Source: Octopus vulgaris (taxonomy: Eukaryota). Taken from it: DNA of 64,000 nucleotides. Both the position numbers and the translations under genes were made by a program. Location: assembly GCA_951406725.2 (NCBI GenBank), contig OX597819.1, forward strand, positions 61,814,001-61,878,000. The letters are read 5' to 3'. The notes below the pieces were generated by a model. The model saw nothing but the letters and a program-made list of their open reading frames with translations. It was not told the DNA's origin and ran no database searches. Shown here in pieces: positions 27,389 through 42,353 of this stretch (position 1 is the first letter of the stretch; every line of letters starts with the position of its first letter).

Positions 27389-29680
27389 TTAAATGATGAT
27401 GGTGGTGATGATGATGATGATATATTCACACACACACACACACACACACATTTCGTTGGCTTACTTTTAATACAGTGTTTTGTTAAAGAAGTTCTTTTAA
27501 TTTCAACATAAATTTTTCTTCTCGGTGAGAATGGCTTGTATCGTTATACAAAAGAACCGACCACATTTAAAATATTTGCTGCTGACATATATTAGACTAT
27601 AGACATTTCTGAGAACCAGTGCTCACTTGATAGAACTTAATCACCTGGAGTTGAATTGGGAATTCTTTGATTAGAAGCACAAAAACAATGCTGCTAATTG
27701 GTTGCACCAGCTATAAGCAAAATGTCCAGTGTCTGGTTATATTTAGCTCACTTTTTAACTAGTGTACTTCTTTCTCTTATCATAGACCACACTTACTGGC
27801 AGTGTACTGTTGGATGTTGCTATTTTGATTGTATATTCTCTTACCAATGTGTTCAATTGCTGAGGAAATTCTAAGTATGTGTGTATGATAGACATGGCTA
27901 CGTATGTATACACATCTCTGGAGGGAGACGGCATGGGTGGAGAGTTTTGAAAAGCTGCTTTTATTTGATTTTGCTGCAGGTGAAAGGCTACATATTGCCT
28001 GCTGTTCTCATCATGGAAGATAAAAATTCAATACTAACAATAAAGATAAATATAATAGCAAAAATAATGAAATCAGTAACTTATATATTAATGGGAAAAA
28101 ATAAATTAGTAATTGTATGGAGTTAAATTTATGAGAATATCTCCTTATCGATTTCTTTTTACTATTAAGGATCTCTATTAAATAAAGGCTGGATCAAATA
28201 ATTGGCTCTTGTATTAGATAGTGAAGTATGGTGCATTTACTAATCTATTTGACATGATTAAACTACAATTGCTGTTTGTATATATTATTAACATTTATTG
28301 CATTATGTTGGTTGTAATAGAAATTCTTTTAAAATAATATACTCTTTGAAGTTATCATTGATTATTTGAAAGTCTAGGAGAAACGTTTAATTTTTTTGTG
28401 ATATCTATATGATTTGTATTGATTTGAAAATGCTTTAAAAAAAATTTGCCAGATATGCAAAATGGTGTTTATTTTTATTTTTTGACCGGCATATTAGATT
28501 ACAGGTATATTTATTGATGTTAAAGTTGATATCTGTACCAATTGATTTTTTCCTTTTTTTTTTTTTTGTTTGTGTGCTTATGATAATATCTATCAATATT
28601 TAAATAGCCCTTTTTAAAATCTGTGGGTTTAAAAGTCTAACAGAATACTTACTGAATAACACGTTCTTTACTCAGAACATGCTGCATGGCAAAGTGGCAA
28701 ACGGGTAGTCATTGGAGTGTTGGATAGAATGCCTTATGGTATTTGTTCCAAATCCATGTACTCTAGGTTCAAATCCTGCTACAATCAACTGTACTTTTTG
28801 CCCTTTAGGGGGTCAATAAAATGTGTACCAGTGCTGGACAGTAAACTGGTAGAAATGTTGGAGCATTGGATGGTATTCATTATAGCATCTGTTCATGCCC
28901 TGGCCAAAAGAGAAAAGAGAAGAAATCACACTTCTCTTAGGAGAACCTAACCCTAACATTAACAAATAGTATTGGCAATTTGAAAAACGAATGCAAACCT
29001 GGTTTCTTTGGTTTGATTGGAAGATTGACTGCCACATGCTTTGAAAAGTGGTTTTGATGATGTTATTCAGCAGACCTCATTTGTCAGCACATTACTACAC
29101 TAGAATTGTACTAATAAAGGATCTTGTCTGTGGTGAGTTTGGCTTGCTAGATATAACAGCCAAATCTCAGCCATATCACTTCTGACCATCTTTAAAAAAA
29201 ATTGGATACACTGGGTACACAATATCTAGAAAAAAGAAAAGGAAAAATGATGGTCCCATTAGGAAGGTCTTTGATCATAAATTTAGTCATTTCAAACCTC
29301 CAACATAATCTTAGATTTGTACTCATTGCTATGTCTGTATTTTTACTAAGATCTTCCTTCACAAAGCAAAAGAGGAACATATAATTTATGTCTGAAGACT
29401 TCAAAGGTTTTTAAATTAAGAGAGACACAGACAGACAGAGTGGGTGTGATTAGCGTAGTTTAAGTACAACAGATATTAACATAAAATGTGTGAAATATTT
29501 ATCTCTATCTTCAAAGAAAAGCATCTTTTCCATGGAAGATTATTATTTTGCGAAAATATGTTTTAACATTTTTTGTTTTCAGAATAGCTATCAAGGATGT
29601 ATAGGTTTAGTTAGAACCATGTGTATCTGTCTATTAATTATTTTTTTCGGTATGAGTTTTTAATCATGAAGCACATTTGA

Positions 29681-29809
<129 letters not shown>

Positions 29810-30664
29810 TAAGAATCATTTAAACTGATCATATTTAACAAATGCTATTATCATAGAAACTACCGTATTTGATGGTATAAAAGACATACAGACATATTAG
29901 ATAGACTCCAATATCAGCAGCACATACTGAGGAAAGATGTCTTTAGTGCTGAAAGTTTATGGGAGCCTCAGCTTTGCATATAGGACCCAGGGTGGTGTTT
30001 TTGAGAATTTTATTTATCTATTTTTTGTTAAGTGCCTCACATATGCCATCAAATAAGGTACTAATAATTACTATGGGCTTCAAGCTTGTAGAACCAGGAG
30101 CTTATTGTGCAAAATGCCTAGTGACATTTCATTCATTTTACATCTTAAGTTCAAATTCCACTGGGGTCAATGTAATCGACTTAACTCCTTCCCCAAAATT
30201 GCTGGCCTTGTGCCAAAATTTGAAATCAATAATTACTGTGGACTGTCATTTTACAAAACCAGTCAACAACACCTCCAGAATGTTACTAATTTACCTTCAG
30301 GATGGAAACACGAAAATAATATTCAAATTTATTTTAAATATTCCATCAAAGCAAAAGGAAAACATTTTTAATGTTGAAATAAATTCAGATAATTCTTAAT
30401 GTTGATTATCACTAACTGTTGCATATTATTATGTCTTACATCATAGTGAGTTATTGTTGATTTTTAACTGCCACTTGCTGAGAATACGATTAATGATTCA
30501 TTACAGAAAGAAAAGACAGAATACTGTGCCATAGTTTCTTTGTCCAAAATGTTGTTTTGGTGCCACTGCTGATCATTCCGCCTTTTAACCCTTTTGATAC
30601 TGACCCATTCAAGACAACCCTAAAATACAAACCTCCCATCTTTAAAGACACTATTGACACTCCA

Positions 30665-31035
30665 TCGGTTATGATGATGAGGGTTCCAGTTGATCCGGTC
30701 AATGGAACAGCCTACTTGTGAAATTAATGTGCAAGTGGCTGAGCACTCCACAGACACATGTACCCTTAATGTAGTTCTCGGGGAGACTCAGCGTGGCACA
30801 GAGTGTGACAAGGCTGGCCCTTTGAAATATAGGTACAACAGAAACAGGAAGAAAGAGTGAGAAGATGTTGTGGTGAAAGAATACAGCAGGGTTCACCAGC
30901 ATCCCCTGCTGGAGCCTCATGGCGCTTTAGGTGTTTTTGCTCAATAAACACTCACAACGCCTAGTCTGGGAATTGAAACCGCGATCCTATGACCATGAGC
31001 CTTCTTCCCTAACCACTGGGCCATTGCACCTCCAC
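30665..31035 (-). mobile_element. tRNA-derived SINE, family C-related
   Basis: Minus-strand head GTGGAGGTGCAATGGCCCAGTGGTTAGG...GGTTTCAATTCCC; inverse homolog at about 34820-35085. Confidence 0.8.
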
Positions 31036-33799
31036 TTTAGAGTCACTACACACATCACACAATATGTTTGATCTTTTAGTGTCTCTGTTACAAACTACAG
31101 CCACATAAAACCATTCAAAATGATGCCCTCTTAACAATTGCTGAAGCAAATTGGATAATCAAATGAAATATTGGACAACCATCCCATGGGTCTTGAGTTC
31201 AAATTCACTACTGATGAAATATCTGGGCAGTGTACTTAATAAATTCTATGCACTTTAGTTTACTTAGTTGTCAGAAATTGGTACCAGATCCTGTTTAGAC
31301 GTAATGATATATTGGCTTAATATTATGATGCCAAACTAGGCACTGGCTCTTAAAAGTTTCTTATGGAAACGAAGATATTTGAATTTTATCGTGTAGGCGC
31401 CATATATGTCTGACATAACAAAAGAATGTGCAGCTACATGCCTCTTTGCTTTCAGTTCAAACAGCCTTTGCAGATAGATGCACATTCAACTACAAATACC
31501 TAAAGGTTTTATAAACATAACACAATATTAGCACAACAGCATTCTATTTGGTTGAAACAATCTTAAAGCACATATACTCCCCAAAATAATCACAACATCA
31601 GTTTTCCTTATTCCTTTGAATTCCATGTTTAAGTTGCCGACATATCTAAATGTATTCCAAGAAGCAGAATTTAGCAGGCACTGATCAAGTACATGTTGTA
31701 TATGTCCATGATGACTGGTTTGACAATAAACAGATTGCAACATATTCTGACTCCTCATACTACCACTGTCTAATCAAACAATGTGTGTCAGTGTATAGTA
31801 CTGTGACAAATACATCCTGTATACCAAATCTGTGGCTCATCTCCAAATATTTCAGGAGCTCTCTATATCTCTTTATCTCTCTCCCTGTCATAATTCTGTC
31901 AGAGCTGAGATGACTCACTCTTATGAATAACAGAATAATGCAAGCTTCCTGCTTTAATTAACAATAAAACTCATATATCATCTTTTCCTGGGAGACATAA
32001 CATTTTGTTAACAGTCTTGTCTGACTGCTCGAATAAGATTCACAAATATTTCAATAATATCCACTGCTATGAAGTCAGAGAATGTATGCTGAAGGTTTTC
32101 TTCAAGATTCTGTTTCTGGAGACTGTTTTTGTAACTCAAATATTGATCCTTGCCCAATCTATGTAAATAAATAACAAACATTTTCTCCAGACCGTGATGT
32201 ATAAGTTATTGAACTGTCAATCTTAGTTCCTTAAACTTATATCAATTAAGAGAGAAAACTAAATGAAATGTCACCAGCATTTTATAACAGATAAACTCCA
32301 TCTTTCTTTTATCAGTTCTTTTATTTATTTTCTTAAAATTTTCATTTGCTGACTGCTTTTAGAACACCTTTAGATTTGTTTTTGATAAATTTCTTCCTGA
32401 ATTTTTTTTTTTTTTCATATATAAATGTCTTATATTTTTTTTTACAATTTTTTTTCTCCTTCCATTGAATTTCTTTCATCATATTAAGTGCTGATAGTTT
32501 ATCCTTGAAAGACATCTTTTCCATTATTATAGCTGCTGTTATTAAAATATATCTCTAGTCTGTTGGGTAACTCACAAATTTAAAACAACATGAATCAGAA
32601 ATAGAGAAAGAAATCAATAGAAAATCATGCAATTTTCTTTGGCACATTTTGACTATTCACTCAGCTACTGTCCACTGTAAAAGTTCAAATTTTCTTTTAC
32701 ATATTTCAATTATTGATCTATGCACTAATTTATTTGATTATCTCGGGATTTCCCTCTCACTCAAAACAAAAACGCCAAAATAGTCAACTGTTATAACAGT
32801 GAAAATACCTGTAACAACCATCGAGATGTGAAGAAAAACTGAATAGACAATAAGGAAAAATTCTTTGTGCTATCTTTAATCCTTTTGTACTAACCTGCCT
32901 ATGACTGTCCCTGGTTCTATGTTAGAATCTTCCAATTTTAAAGTGCTTTAAATTAAAACCTTCCATGAAAATATGGTGTTAATCTTTGCTCTGAGCACCA
33001 GCTTAACAATAGAAAAGTTATTTCACTAAATTCTTCAATAATTTCAAAATTGATTGAAATAAAGACAGTCTATTTCAGCAGAAATATGGAAACAGAAGGA
33101 TGGCATTGATTTGTAACTCAATGTGTCACAAACTCAAGACAGCTGTCTTTTATTCTTTCAGAATTGATAAAATAAGCACCAATATATTTATTGCAATCAC
33201 ACATTTCCCATCTTCAACAAAAGAATTGATTTCATATTTAGTTTTTAAAAAAAAGAACTCAATTTTGAGCCAATTGATAATGAAATCACAGTTATCAAAC
33301 TATATAGGATCAAATGTGTTGCATTACAATTTCTAATTTTTCAGCTCATATTTCTGTTTTTTAATCACACAGATATTAGTAAAAATGAGTACCAGTAATA
33401 ATATGAGTTAAACAACCTGTGATATCTTCCCTTATCAAAAGTGCTTTAACCATTAAATAGCAGATATCATCAACTGGTGCACAATTGTACAATGTGGGAA
33501 TCTCAAATGAATCTATATTCACACCTGATGTAAAGGAAAGTGAATATTTTATGACACTTTGTGATAAGGAGATTGCAAATTTTACAATGTAAGAGATTAA
33601 CAATAATCACGGTTTTTGTACTTATATAAAGCGAAACAAAGTACAAGAACTTACCCTTAAGAAAAAGAGGTTTTTTTTGTTGTTGTTTTTGTCTGTTTCA
33701 CACACACATTTATGCAGCCTTTTCTTGCCATTTAAAGGATAACCTTGCAGGGTTATAAATGATTAATATTTAATCAACTATCCATTTCATTAATAATAA

Positions 33800-33970
<171 letters not shown>

Positions 33971-34142
33971 TAAGGAAATTAATCCGCTAATCAGTCTGTT
34001 TATCAATCCTCATTATTTTCTTCATTAAGATAATGTCCCAGTTGGGTGACACTATTTCAGTTAATGAATGTCAGTATTGCTGGTAACCCTTCAGTAAATA
34101 TATTTTGTTTATTCCTATGACTAAATCATTGCTGACATCATC

Positions 34143-34143
<1 letters not shown>

Positions 34144-34186
<43 letters not shown>

Positions 34187-34224
34187 CATTATTATTATTA
34201 TTATTGTTGTTGTTGTTGTTGTTG
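34144..34224. repeat. (TTA)n/(TTG)n microsatellite
   Basis: Read directly; explains the poly-N ORF 34071..34262. Confidence 0.95.
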
Positions 34225-36306
34225 TCTGTGGAAATTACTCTCTCATCTCCACTGGCAGACATTTTTCTGCTGGAGAAGTAGGGAGAAGGAAAAAAAAAAC
34301 CGAATGAATCACATATAAATTATCAGTGCAGCTTCAAATCAATAAATTATGTCTGTTGTACTGATCAGTTAAACAGCAGTTACATAATAGATATTCAGTT
34401 GTTGATTGAACTAAAGTAAACAAGCCTTCTTAGTTTGTATTGTAATCATATACATGCTTGTCTACAATCAACCATTTCAGTCTGTGTTGAATAGATTTTC
34501 AATTTTCAGTTTATTATTACATAGCAGTCTTCTTCACTAAAGTTTGGTGAGAGAGTAAGAGTACCAGATGTTTTATATACTGGTGGCGAGTTCATGAGTC
34601 TGAGGTTCAAGTCCTGTTCTAGATCAACTTAGATATTCTGTCTTTTGGAATAAAATCAAATAGCTATCAATTAATCAGTTTGTACAATTATCCAATTGGG
34701 TTGCATGCTAAATTATTAAGTATCTTGCTGGTGACACTATTATTAGTAGTACATAAAGCATTGCTCTCTAGGTAGTATTTTCCTAGTTTATGTAATATAT
34801 AATCATATCTTCTTGGGTTGTATGGCTGTAAGGTCGTGAGTTCAATTCCTGTTGGAACATTGTGTCCTTGAGCAAGATACTTTTTTATGTTGCTCCAGTC
34901 CATTCAGCTGGCAAAAATGAGTAGCACCAGTGTTTCAAAGGACCAGCTTCATTCTGTGTCACACTGAATCTCCTTGAGAGCTACATTAAGGGTACACATA
35001 TCTGCACATTAATTTAATGAGCAGCTTGTTCCATTGTTCAAATCAACTGGAACCGTCATCAACGTAACCAATGAAGTGCCAGTTATAGGACCTCAGTGTT
35101 TAAAGTGTCCTTTCTTAAGACAGTAGGGTATGGTTTGGGTATTCATTTAAGCAAGGCTTCTTTAACCCCCACCTCCTCTAACTTTTTTTTTATTATGCCT
35201 TATTTTTCAAAAAAAGCAGTCATTGATTTCTTTTGTGTTTCTAATGTGAGATTCAGAATTTGCAGAAATAAAATTTTGATTGTTTTCGAAGCTGATTTGG
35301 AGTAGAGAGGATATATCATGACGAAGTCACGAATAGCAGTGAACAGACTTTGACAAACCTAAATGGTTGATCGATTAACCGAACAATAAATCAAACAATC
35401 AGTTAGTTAATTAGTTCAATAGTTAACAAACTGACAAACAAATAATAAAGAAGTGAAATAAAACCAATGCATGTGTTTACTATTGGCATAATGACCCTTC
35501 TGAATCATCAAACTAATAATGACTTCACATCAGGAATCTTGCAAACCTAATTCAAAAAACAAAACAGGAAAGTCCTTTTTAAAAACAAAAACAAAAATAA
35601 TGAATCTCATTCCAGTGTTATATGAATGTATTTATGTATTAATTATGTAGAAAACTACTGTCTTGTAGTGGCTGTATTAGCTCTGAAAATAACGGATGTA
35701 ATGTGTATTCAATAATGGAAGCAGTTAATCCTTTACCGATTGACTTTCTGAAAATATATAATGTTGTTGATTCAATTTATTAACAGCGAAAATGTAATTA
35801 CAAATGCAAACATCATTACCATTCATTTAACATCCGTTTTCCATTGTGGCATGGGTTGGACAGTTTGACAGGAGCTGGCAAGCTGGTGGGCTACACTACG
35901 TTCCAGTTGTCTGTTTCGGTATGGTTTCTATGGCTGGATGCCCTTCCTAACACCAACCACTTTGCAGAATGCATTGGCTGCTTTTTATGTGACACCAGCA
36001 TGAGTACTTTTCATGTGCCACCAGCATGGGTAATTTACATGTGGAGCCAGCACAGGTGCTTCTTATGTGACGCCCCCCCCCCCCGCCCCACACACACACA
36101 CACACAAATAATTGGTCAATGACAAGAGAACAGAAATTATGTGGTCACTTTCATTACCCTATAGCGGTTTCTGTATATGGAACTGTGTGCCCAGAGTTTG
36201 AGCATCAGTGTAACATCTTCATTGGTACAACTATGATACAATTATGAGTAAATAAAATCATAAAATATGTATACAAAATATATAGTTATACACTTCAAAT
36301 GTTAAC

Positions 36307-36360
<54 letters not shown>

Positions 36361-39300
36361 ATACATACACACACAAGCATGCACACATACACACACATGC
36401 AAAAGGACTTCCTGTTTTTGTGAATGCACTCACATTAGAGAAATTCTAGAAAGCAACTGTAAATCTAAACATAAGCCAAATACTTTTTTTTTAATGGTTT
36501 GATATAAAAAGTTTGAAGCAACAGGTTAAAATTCCACACTTTAAACGAATTAATGCCTAAATTTGTGATATTTTATAAGAAAGGTCAAAATAAATAAATA
36601 GTAAAATAACTTGGCTGAAAAGTTATTGAAATATGAAAGGGAAACGAAAACATTAGCGAAATAACTTTCTTTGACATCTATTGGTAAGATTGGAATACAT
36701 AAATAAATAGTGAAATAACTTTATGAAAGGGAAATGGAGAAAGTTACTGAAAAAGCTTTGAAAATTATTTCCATAACTTTGAAATGTAGAAAGTTATAAA
36801 ATGGAGAAATTTGAAAGTACTTTCATTTGCTCTCTAGAATGAGACATGTGGGTGGAAGTAACAAAGAAGTGAATTTAGGTTTGAAGATGTAGACACAGAA
36901 GCTAATTGTAGCGAATGAGTGCTGTAGAAAATGATGAGGGTCATGAGCAAAGATAGTGTTGAAAATGAAAATAAAGACAACAGTTTTATTAAAATATATT
37001 AAAATTGGGATTTCTACAGATTTAACCATCATATTCCATTGAGTCAAAATTTTGTCTTGGAGTTTTGGTTACATATCTAGATATACTTACAGTAGTATCA
37101 TTGTATAAAAGATTGTGAAATCTTTACAAAACTATTTCACTTTCAAATTAAGACTCTGGAGATGATGCTCTGATTATGCTCTAAAAACAGTTTGAGTTCC
37201 CATTGCAATTACTAGTGTACATCGTATTGGATAGAAAACAGCTAAAAGGAAGCCAGATTCACTTGTTATTCACTTGTTACTACAATGATTTTCTTCAGCA
37301 GGAAGTATTGTGATAGGGAAGTTCCTGTTGTAGCATTTAATTACTTCTGCTTTCATAGGGGCTTCAAAAATTTTACTTACAAATGTTGGCCTCTACTACC
37401 TGCTGCTCTTATCTCATCTCTCTCACACACACATATATATATTTTAGTGAGACTGCTAAAAGCAAGTAATTTGCAGTCTTGCTATTTTTAATTTCTGTCA
37501 CTGTTTTCCTATAACACATCGGCTGTCAATAATGTAATTGCTGCTGCTGCTGTTATTCCATTGGAGGAGGCCTGTTACTGCTTTCACTGCATCTTTATTC
37601 CTTCTCTCTGTCATCCTCATCCCCGTCCTGCTCCTCTCCTTCAGGCTCCTTTTATAGCCAATAAATGACTCAGAGGGGATCTTACTCATTTACTTTTCCC
37701 ACTGCTTAATTTGTACATTTTCCTGCTCACTAGGTTCTTTCCAACGCCTGGGAGGGGAAGGAGTTTTAAACCATGGATTGAGATGAGCCTGTAACCCCAT
37801 GAAACACTTCAGAGTATATTTCTTCCCACCACCACCACCACTCTGCCACCCTATCCAACCCTTTACATTCAATATATTTCCTTTTGCTCTTGTTATCAGT
37901 GCTGCTAAAGCTAGATGATGTGGGTTAGGATACTTATTCCTGTGAAGGTCTTTGGTGGATCAGGGAGTAACAAAGATGTAAAGATTTTATTCCCCCCTCA
38001 GGATTAAAAAGAAATTAAGAAAAGTAAAAAAAAAAAATTTTTTAAATAGCCGGAGTGAATAAAAAAAAAAATGTGTTTAGAATAAACTAAAAGGATAAGT
38101 GCAAAATAACAGGAATTCCTAAGTAGATAGGAATTATGAATGGAACAGAATGTGAATGAGATACATGCAGGGCTATTAACATAGAAACATATGATTGGAA
38201 GGTTATAAATATAACTGTTGTCTTCAGTCATTGAAATAATTTCAGCTATATCCTGACCATCTTAGAATAACTACGGAAAACAGAATTCTATTTTTTATTG
38301 ACTCAGAATGATATATTAAAATATTGTGATCTTGTATGTAGATAGTCTTATCGTATCACAGGTTAATAGTTTTATATCAAAGTTCAAATATATTTTTATT
38401 ATACTTTGTAAATAAGATATCTGACTGTAGACGATTTGATTTATTTCAAGCAGATAAGAGACTTTTAAAGTGACTATTTTTCCAGTTTAAAAACATGCAT
38501 CAGTAAATCTGTATTATATAATTTTGACCTTTTTTATAATAATACACATATTTTTTTGTGTGTAGCCATAGAAAGTGGTTCACCATGATATTTGGTAGAC
38601 CAAATACCATATGAATAAGGTTAGATTTTTATGCTAGAAGTAATCAATTTATTGATTTTTATACATTTACTTACATACTTTTTTTTTAATTGTAGAGAAA
38701 ATTAATCATAACATATTGGCGAAGAAAATTGAAGTTTATTGAATTTGAATTTAAATGTATTTTAAAATTCCACTTATGTTTCAGGTTTGTCCATACTCTC
38801 CAAAAATGTGTTATTGAGTGAGATAGTCTGATAACATGTTTTCTTCACAATATTTCTATCTGCTTATAACACTTCTATATTCTAAAAACATTCACAGTGG
38901 TGACAGAATGCATAACCACTAAGAGAACTTCCTTATTAATTCTTTAGCCTGCTAATATAGCAACATGTCTCTTCAAGCCAAACTGTCTAGAAGTTTTTCT
39001 TTTAAGAAGTCCTAAGTGTTAACACGTTCAAAATAAACTTCAATTAAATGCTAACCATATGCATATATGGTGAACTGAGTACATGGATCACTTTGTAGCA
39101 TTCTATTATGTAGTCACTTTAAAGTACATTGAGTACAATACATCTGCTCAAGTAAAGCAGATTAAAGCTGGTCTTTACCATTGTACAATAATGTCTTCAA
39201 TATTGTGTACTGAAAAGTGTAAATCTTATCTCATGAATAGAACAAGATTATTCTATTACAGGTACAATTTAAATAATATATGGAGTCAGAAAACTTTGTG

Positions 39301-39894
39301 GCTATCACAGAAAGCTCCTTTTGCAGACTCGGCTAACAGTCTACAAAGTGATCTAATACAGAGAAATGTAATGTAGAGTGTCCATGCAGCTAAGGTCCAG
39401 GAGATGCAATCAATGAAATTATTTCATGAGGATTAATATAAACCATAAAAATTCAGAAGCTATATTTATAAAGCATCTGATGAGATGGATATGTCCATCA
39501 AACTTTGTCATGTGGTGTTAAGTCAAACTGTTAGAGTGTGTGTGGTAGCCGACCAAGATTGGAAGATCATTGATTCAATTCCTAGATCAGGAATTGAGCA
39601 AACCACTTCATTTTTATGTTGCTCCAGTTCACTCAGCTGTAAACAGATAACTCTGCAACAGACTGGTTTTCCATTCTAGTTGTGGGGGTGGGGAACAATG
39701 GCCTGCCCACCTAGCCAACTGAGTGGCATCATCTAAAAGCTACAGCAATGCAAAGGTGTGCATTGTGACCAATGCTATATACCAACATCTGATAGTCTGG
39801 CTGATATTCTTGAGTCACAGCTGAAATTTTTTAAATGATTCTTTTGGACAAGGGTTTTTTTTTTACTTTTGGTATTTTTAAAAAATTATCATTA

Positions 39895-40293
39895 GGTACA
39901 GGGGTGGCTATGTGGTAAGTAGCTTGCTTACCAACCACATGGTTCCAGGTTCAGTCCCACTCTGTGGCACCTTGGGCAAGTATCTTCTACTATGGCCTCA
40001 GGCTGACCAAAGCCTTGTGAATGGATTTGGTAGATGGAAACTGAAAGAAGCCCATCATATATATATATATGTGTGTGTGTATATATGTTTGTGTGTCTGT
40101 GTTTGTCCCTCCAACATCACTTGACAACCGATGCCAGTGTATTTATATCCCCGTAACTTAGCGGTTTGGCAAAATATACCGATAGAAAGAGTACTAGGCT
40201 TACAAAGCATAAGTCCTGGGGTCGATTTGCTCCACTGAAGGCACTGCTCTAGCATGGCCACAGTCAGAATGACTGAAACAAATTAAAGAAAAG
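39895..40293 (+). mobile_element. tRNA-derived SINE, family A, near full length
   Basis: A box TGGCTATGTGG, B box GGTTCAGTCCC, internal (TA)/(TG) tract, tail ...CAGTCAGAATGACTGAAAC. Confidence 0.9.
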
Positions 40294-40441
40294 AATTAGA
40301 TCCATTTGTACTCATCTTCTTCAAATATGCCCTATTTGAAAGGTCTCATAGCTTTCATTATATAACATTTTTTAACACCAGAGACTATTCCATCTATCAT
40401 CATAGTCTCTTACATTACTCAGTTAATGTTGCTTGTGTCGA

Positions 40442-40785
40442 AAGGCGGCGAGCTGGCAGAAATGTTAGCATACTGGGTAAAATGCTTTGCAGTATTTCAT
40501 TTGTCTTTACATTCTGAGTTCAAATTCCACTGAGGTCGACTTTGCCTTTCATCCTTTCAGGGTCGATAAATTTAGTACCAGTTACGTACTAGGATCAATC
40601 TAATCGACTGACCCCTCCTCAAAAATTTTGGGCCTTTTGCCTAGAGTAGAAAATATTATTAAGGCAGTGAGCAGGCAGAAACGTTAGCACACTGGGCGAA
40701 ATGCTTAGCAGTATTTCATCTGTCTTTACTGTCTGAGCCCCACCGTCCCCAAAAAAATTTCAGGCCTTGTGCCTACTGTAGAAAA
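40442..40785 (+). mobile_element. two tandem family B SINE-like copies, the second internally deleted
   Basis: AAGGCGGCGAGCTGGCAGAA at 40442 and AAGGCAGTGAGCAGGCAGAA at 40661; both end with GCCT...GTAGAAAA. Confidence 0.85.
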
Positions 40786-41186
40786 GAATGTTGCTTGTGT
40801 CTCTTATTTCAAATACCCCCCACCACACGCACACACACTTATCATCTGAATGGTTCCCCACAGGAAAAACATCCTGCTGGGAAAATAATTGCTCTAAAAA
40901 AAATAAAATAAAATAAACAGTTCTCTCATTTAAGTGCAGAAATATTGATGTTGAAGAAACGCACAAAAATGAAAAATAAATATCTGCTCCTCCAAATATA
41001 TGCAGATCCTAATGATTTTAGTTAAAGCTCTAATGACATTCTATATAGTAACGCCTTGTCATATGTACTTTACTTTAAACTAGTATTTTCCACTGGTCAG
41101 CTCCTTATAACCTCTCTAAATCCTTTTATTAATGATTGCTCTATAGATGCAGTGAGTTGCAAATGGTATATATATTTTATATATAT

Positions 41187-41243
<57 letters not shown>

Positions 41244-42274
41244 TAAGATTGAATGAATGTGGTGATATCTGAGGTATGTTTGTCCCAAACAACTCTTATT
41301 TTAGTGCTGTTGACACTGCCAGATTGAATGGTACTGCCCAGGTGTCGAAACCATAGTGATATCCATGGGGAAGCTGATGATAGAGGTATGTTGGATTGTT
41401 GGTACGGCTGTTATTATATATGCAGAATAGTTTTATAACACATCCATTTGGTGTGTGTGTATGTATGTATGTGTGTATATATATATATATATTGCTATTA
41501 TGTTAAACTGTCGTATGTCCAAATTTGGCCAGATGCTCTTTTTTTATCTTTTTTTTTCCAAAATTCATATTTGCTTGCAAAGCTGGTTCTTTTAATCAAA
41601 CCATCATATCTCCAGCTGCTTCAGATGCCAAGACATCAAAATTTGTAAAAGTGTATGTAGTATATTTTCTCGTTTTCTGAAAAAGCAATGTTTTGGACTT
41701 ATGACACCTTTGCATAATAGCAACGGTATATATATGTAGATACTTGAAAGTATATGAAATATATACATCATTTTAATGATGTTAGTCCTTCTTTCACATT
41801 TTAGTAACCAGTTTATTCTTCCTGTAATAGTTTATTTTGCTTATACTATAGTTGTTAATATGACCTTTAGCCTTCATGACCAGTTTTTGTTATAATTCTG
41901 ATCAATTTACCAAGACAGAAGCATGTATATTTAAGTGTATATCATTCAGTTTTTTTTTTCTTTCTTTTTTTTTTTTGGCAGAATCTTTAGCATGCTGGAC
42001 AGATGCTTAGTAGCATTTCTTCCGGCTTTTTACATTCCTAGTTCAAATGTTGACGAGGTTAATTTGCCTTTCATCATTGCAGGGTCAAGCACTGCAATTG
42101 GTGTGATTGACTGCCAAAAAAAAAAAAAAAAAGGGTTTATTTTAAGACAGAATTTCATTTTAATACTTTGAACCAGAAACTCTTTATACCATTGTTATCC
42201 ACTTGTGTGGGTTTTTTTTATTGTTATAAATTGTTTTATAAATATTGCATAAATGTATATTTGTCATATTACAG

Positions 42275-42353
42275 CTGGAAGGATGGTCTGGCATTCTGTG
42301 CCCTGATCCACAGACATCGTCCAGAACTGCTGGATTATTACAAACTCACCAGG
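42275..42353 (+). CDS. Actn: alpha-actinin CH2 exon, variant A of a mutually exclusive pair (79 nt, phase 2 to 0)
   Basis: attacAG acceptor, GTaaat donor. (S)[26 protein letters not shown]; also visible inside track ORF 42168..42401. Confidence 0.96.

Noticed and set aside
37152-37198. ACTCTGGAGATG...AAAACAGTTTGAGT, a faint Penelope hammerhead resemblance
   Set aside because: Both core boxes are mutated and there is no stem II; not distinguishable from chance.
41307-41360. CTGTTGA...GTGTCGAAAC hammerhead-like string
   Set aside because: The core has a mismatch at A6, stem II is out of register, and there is no stem III or cleavage triplet.
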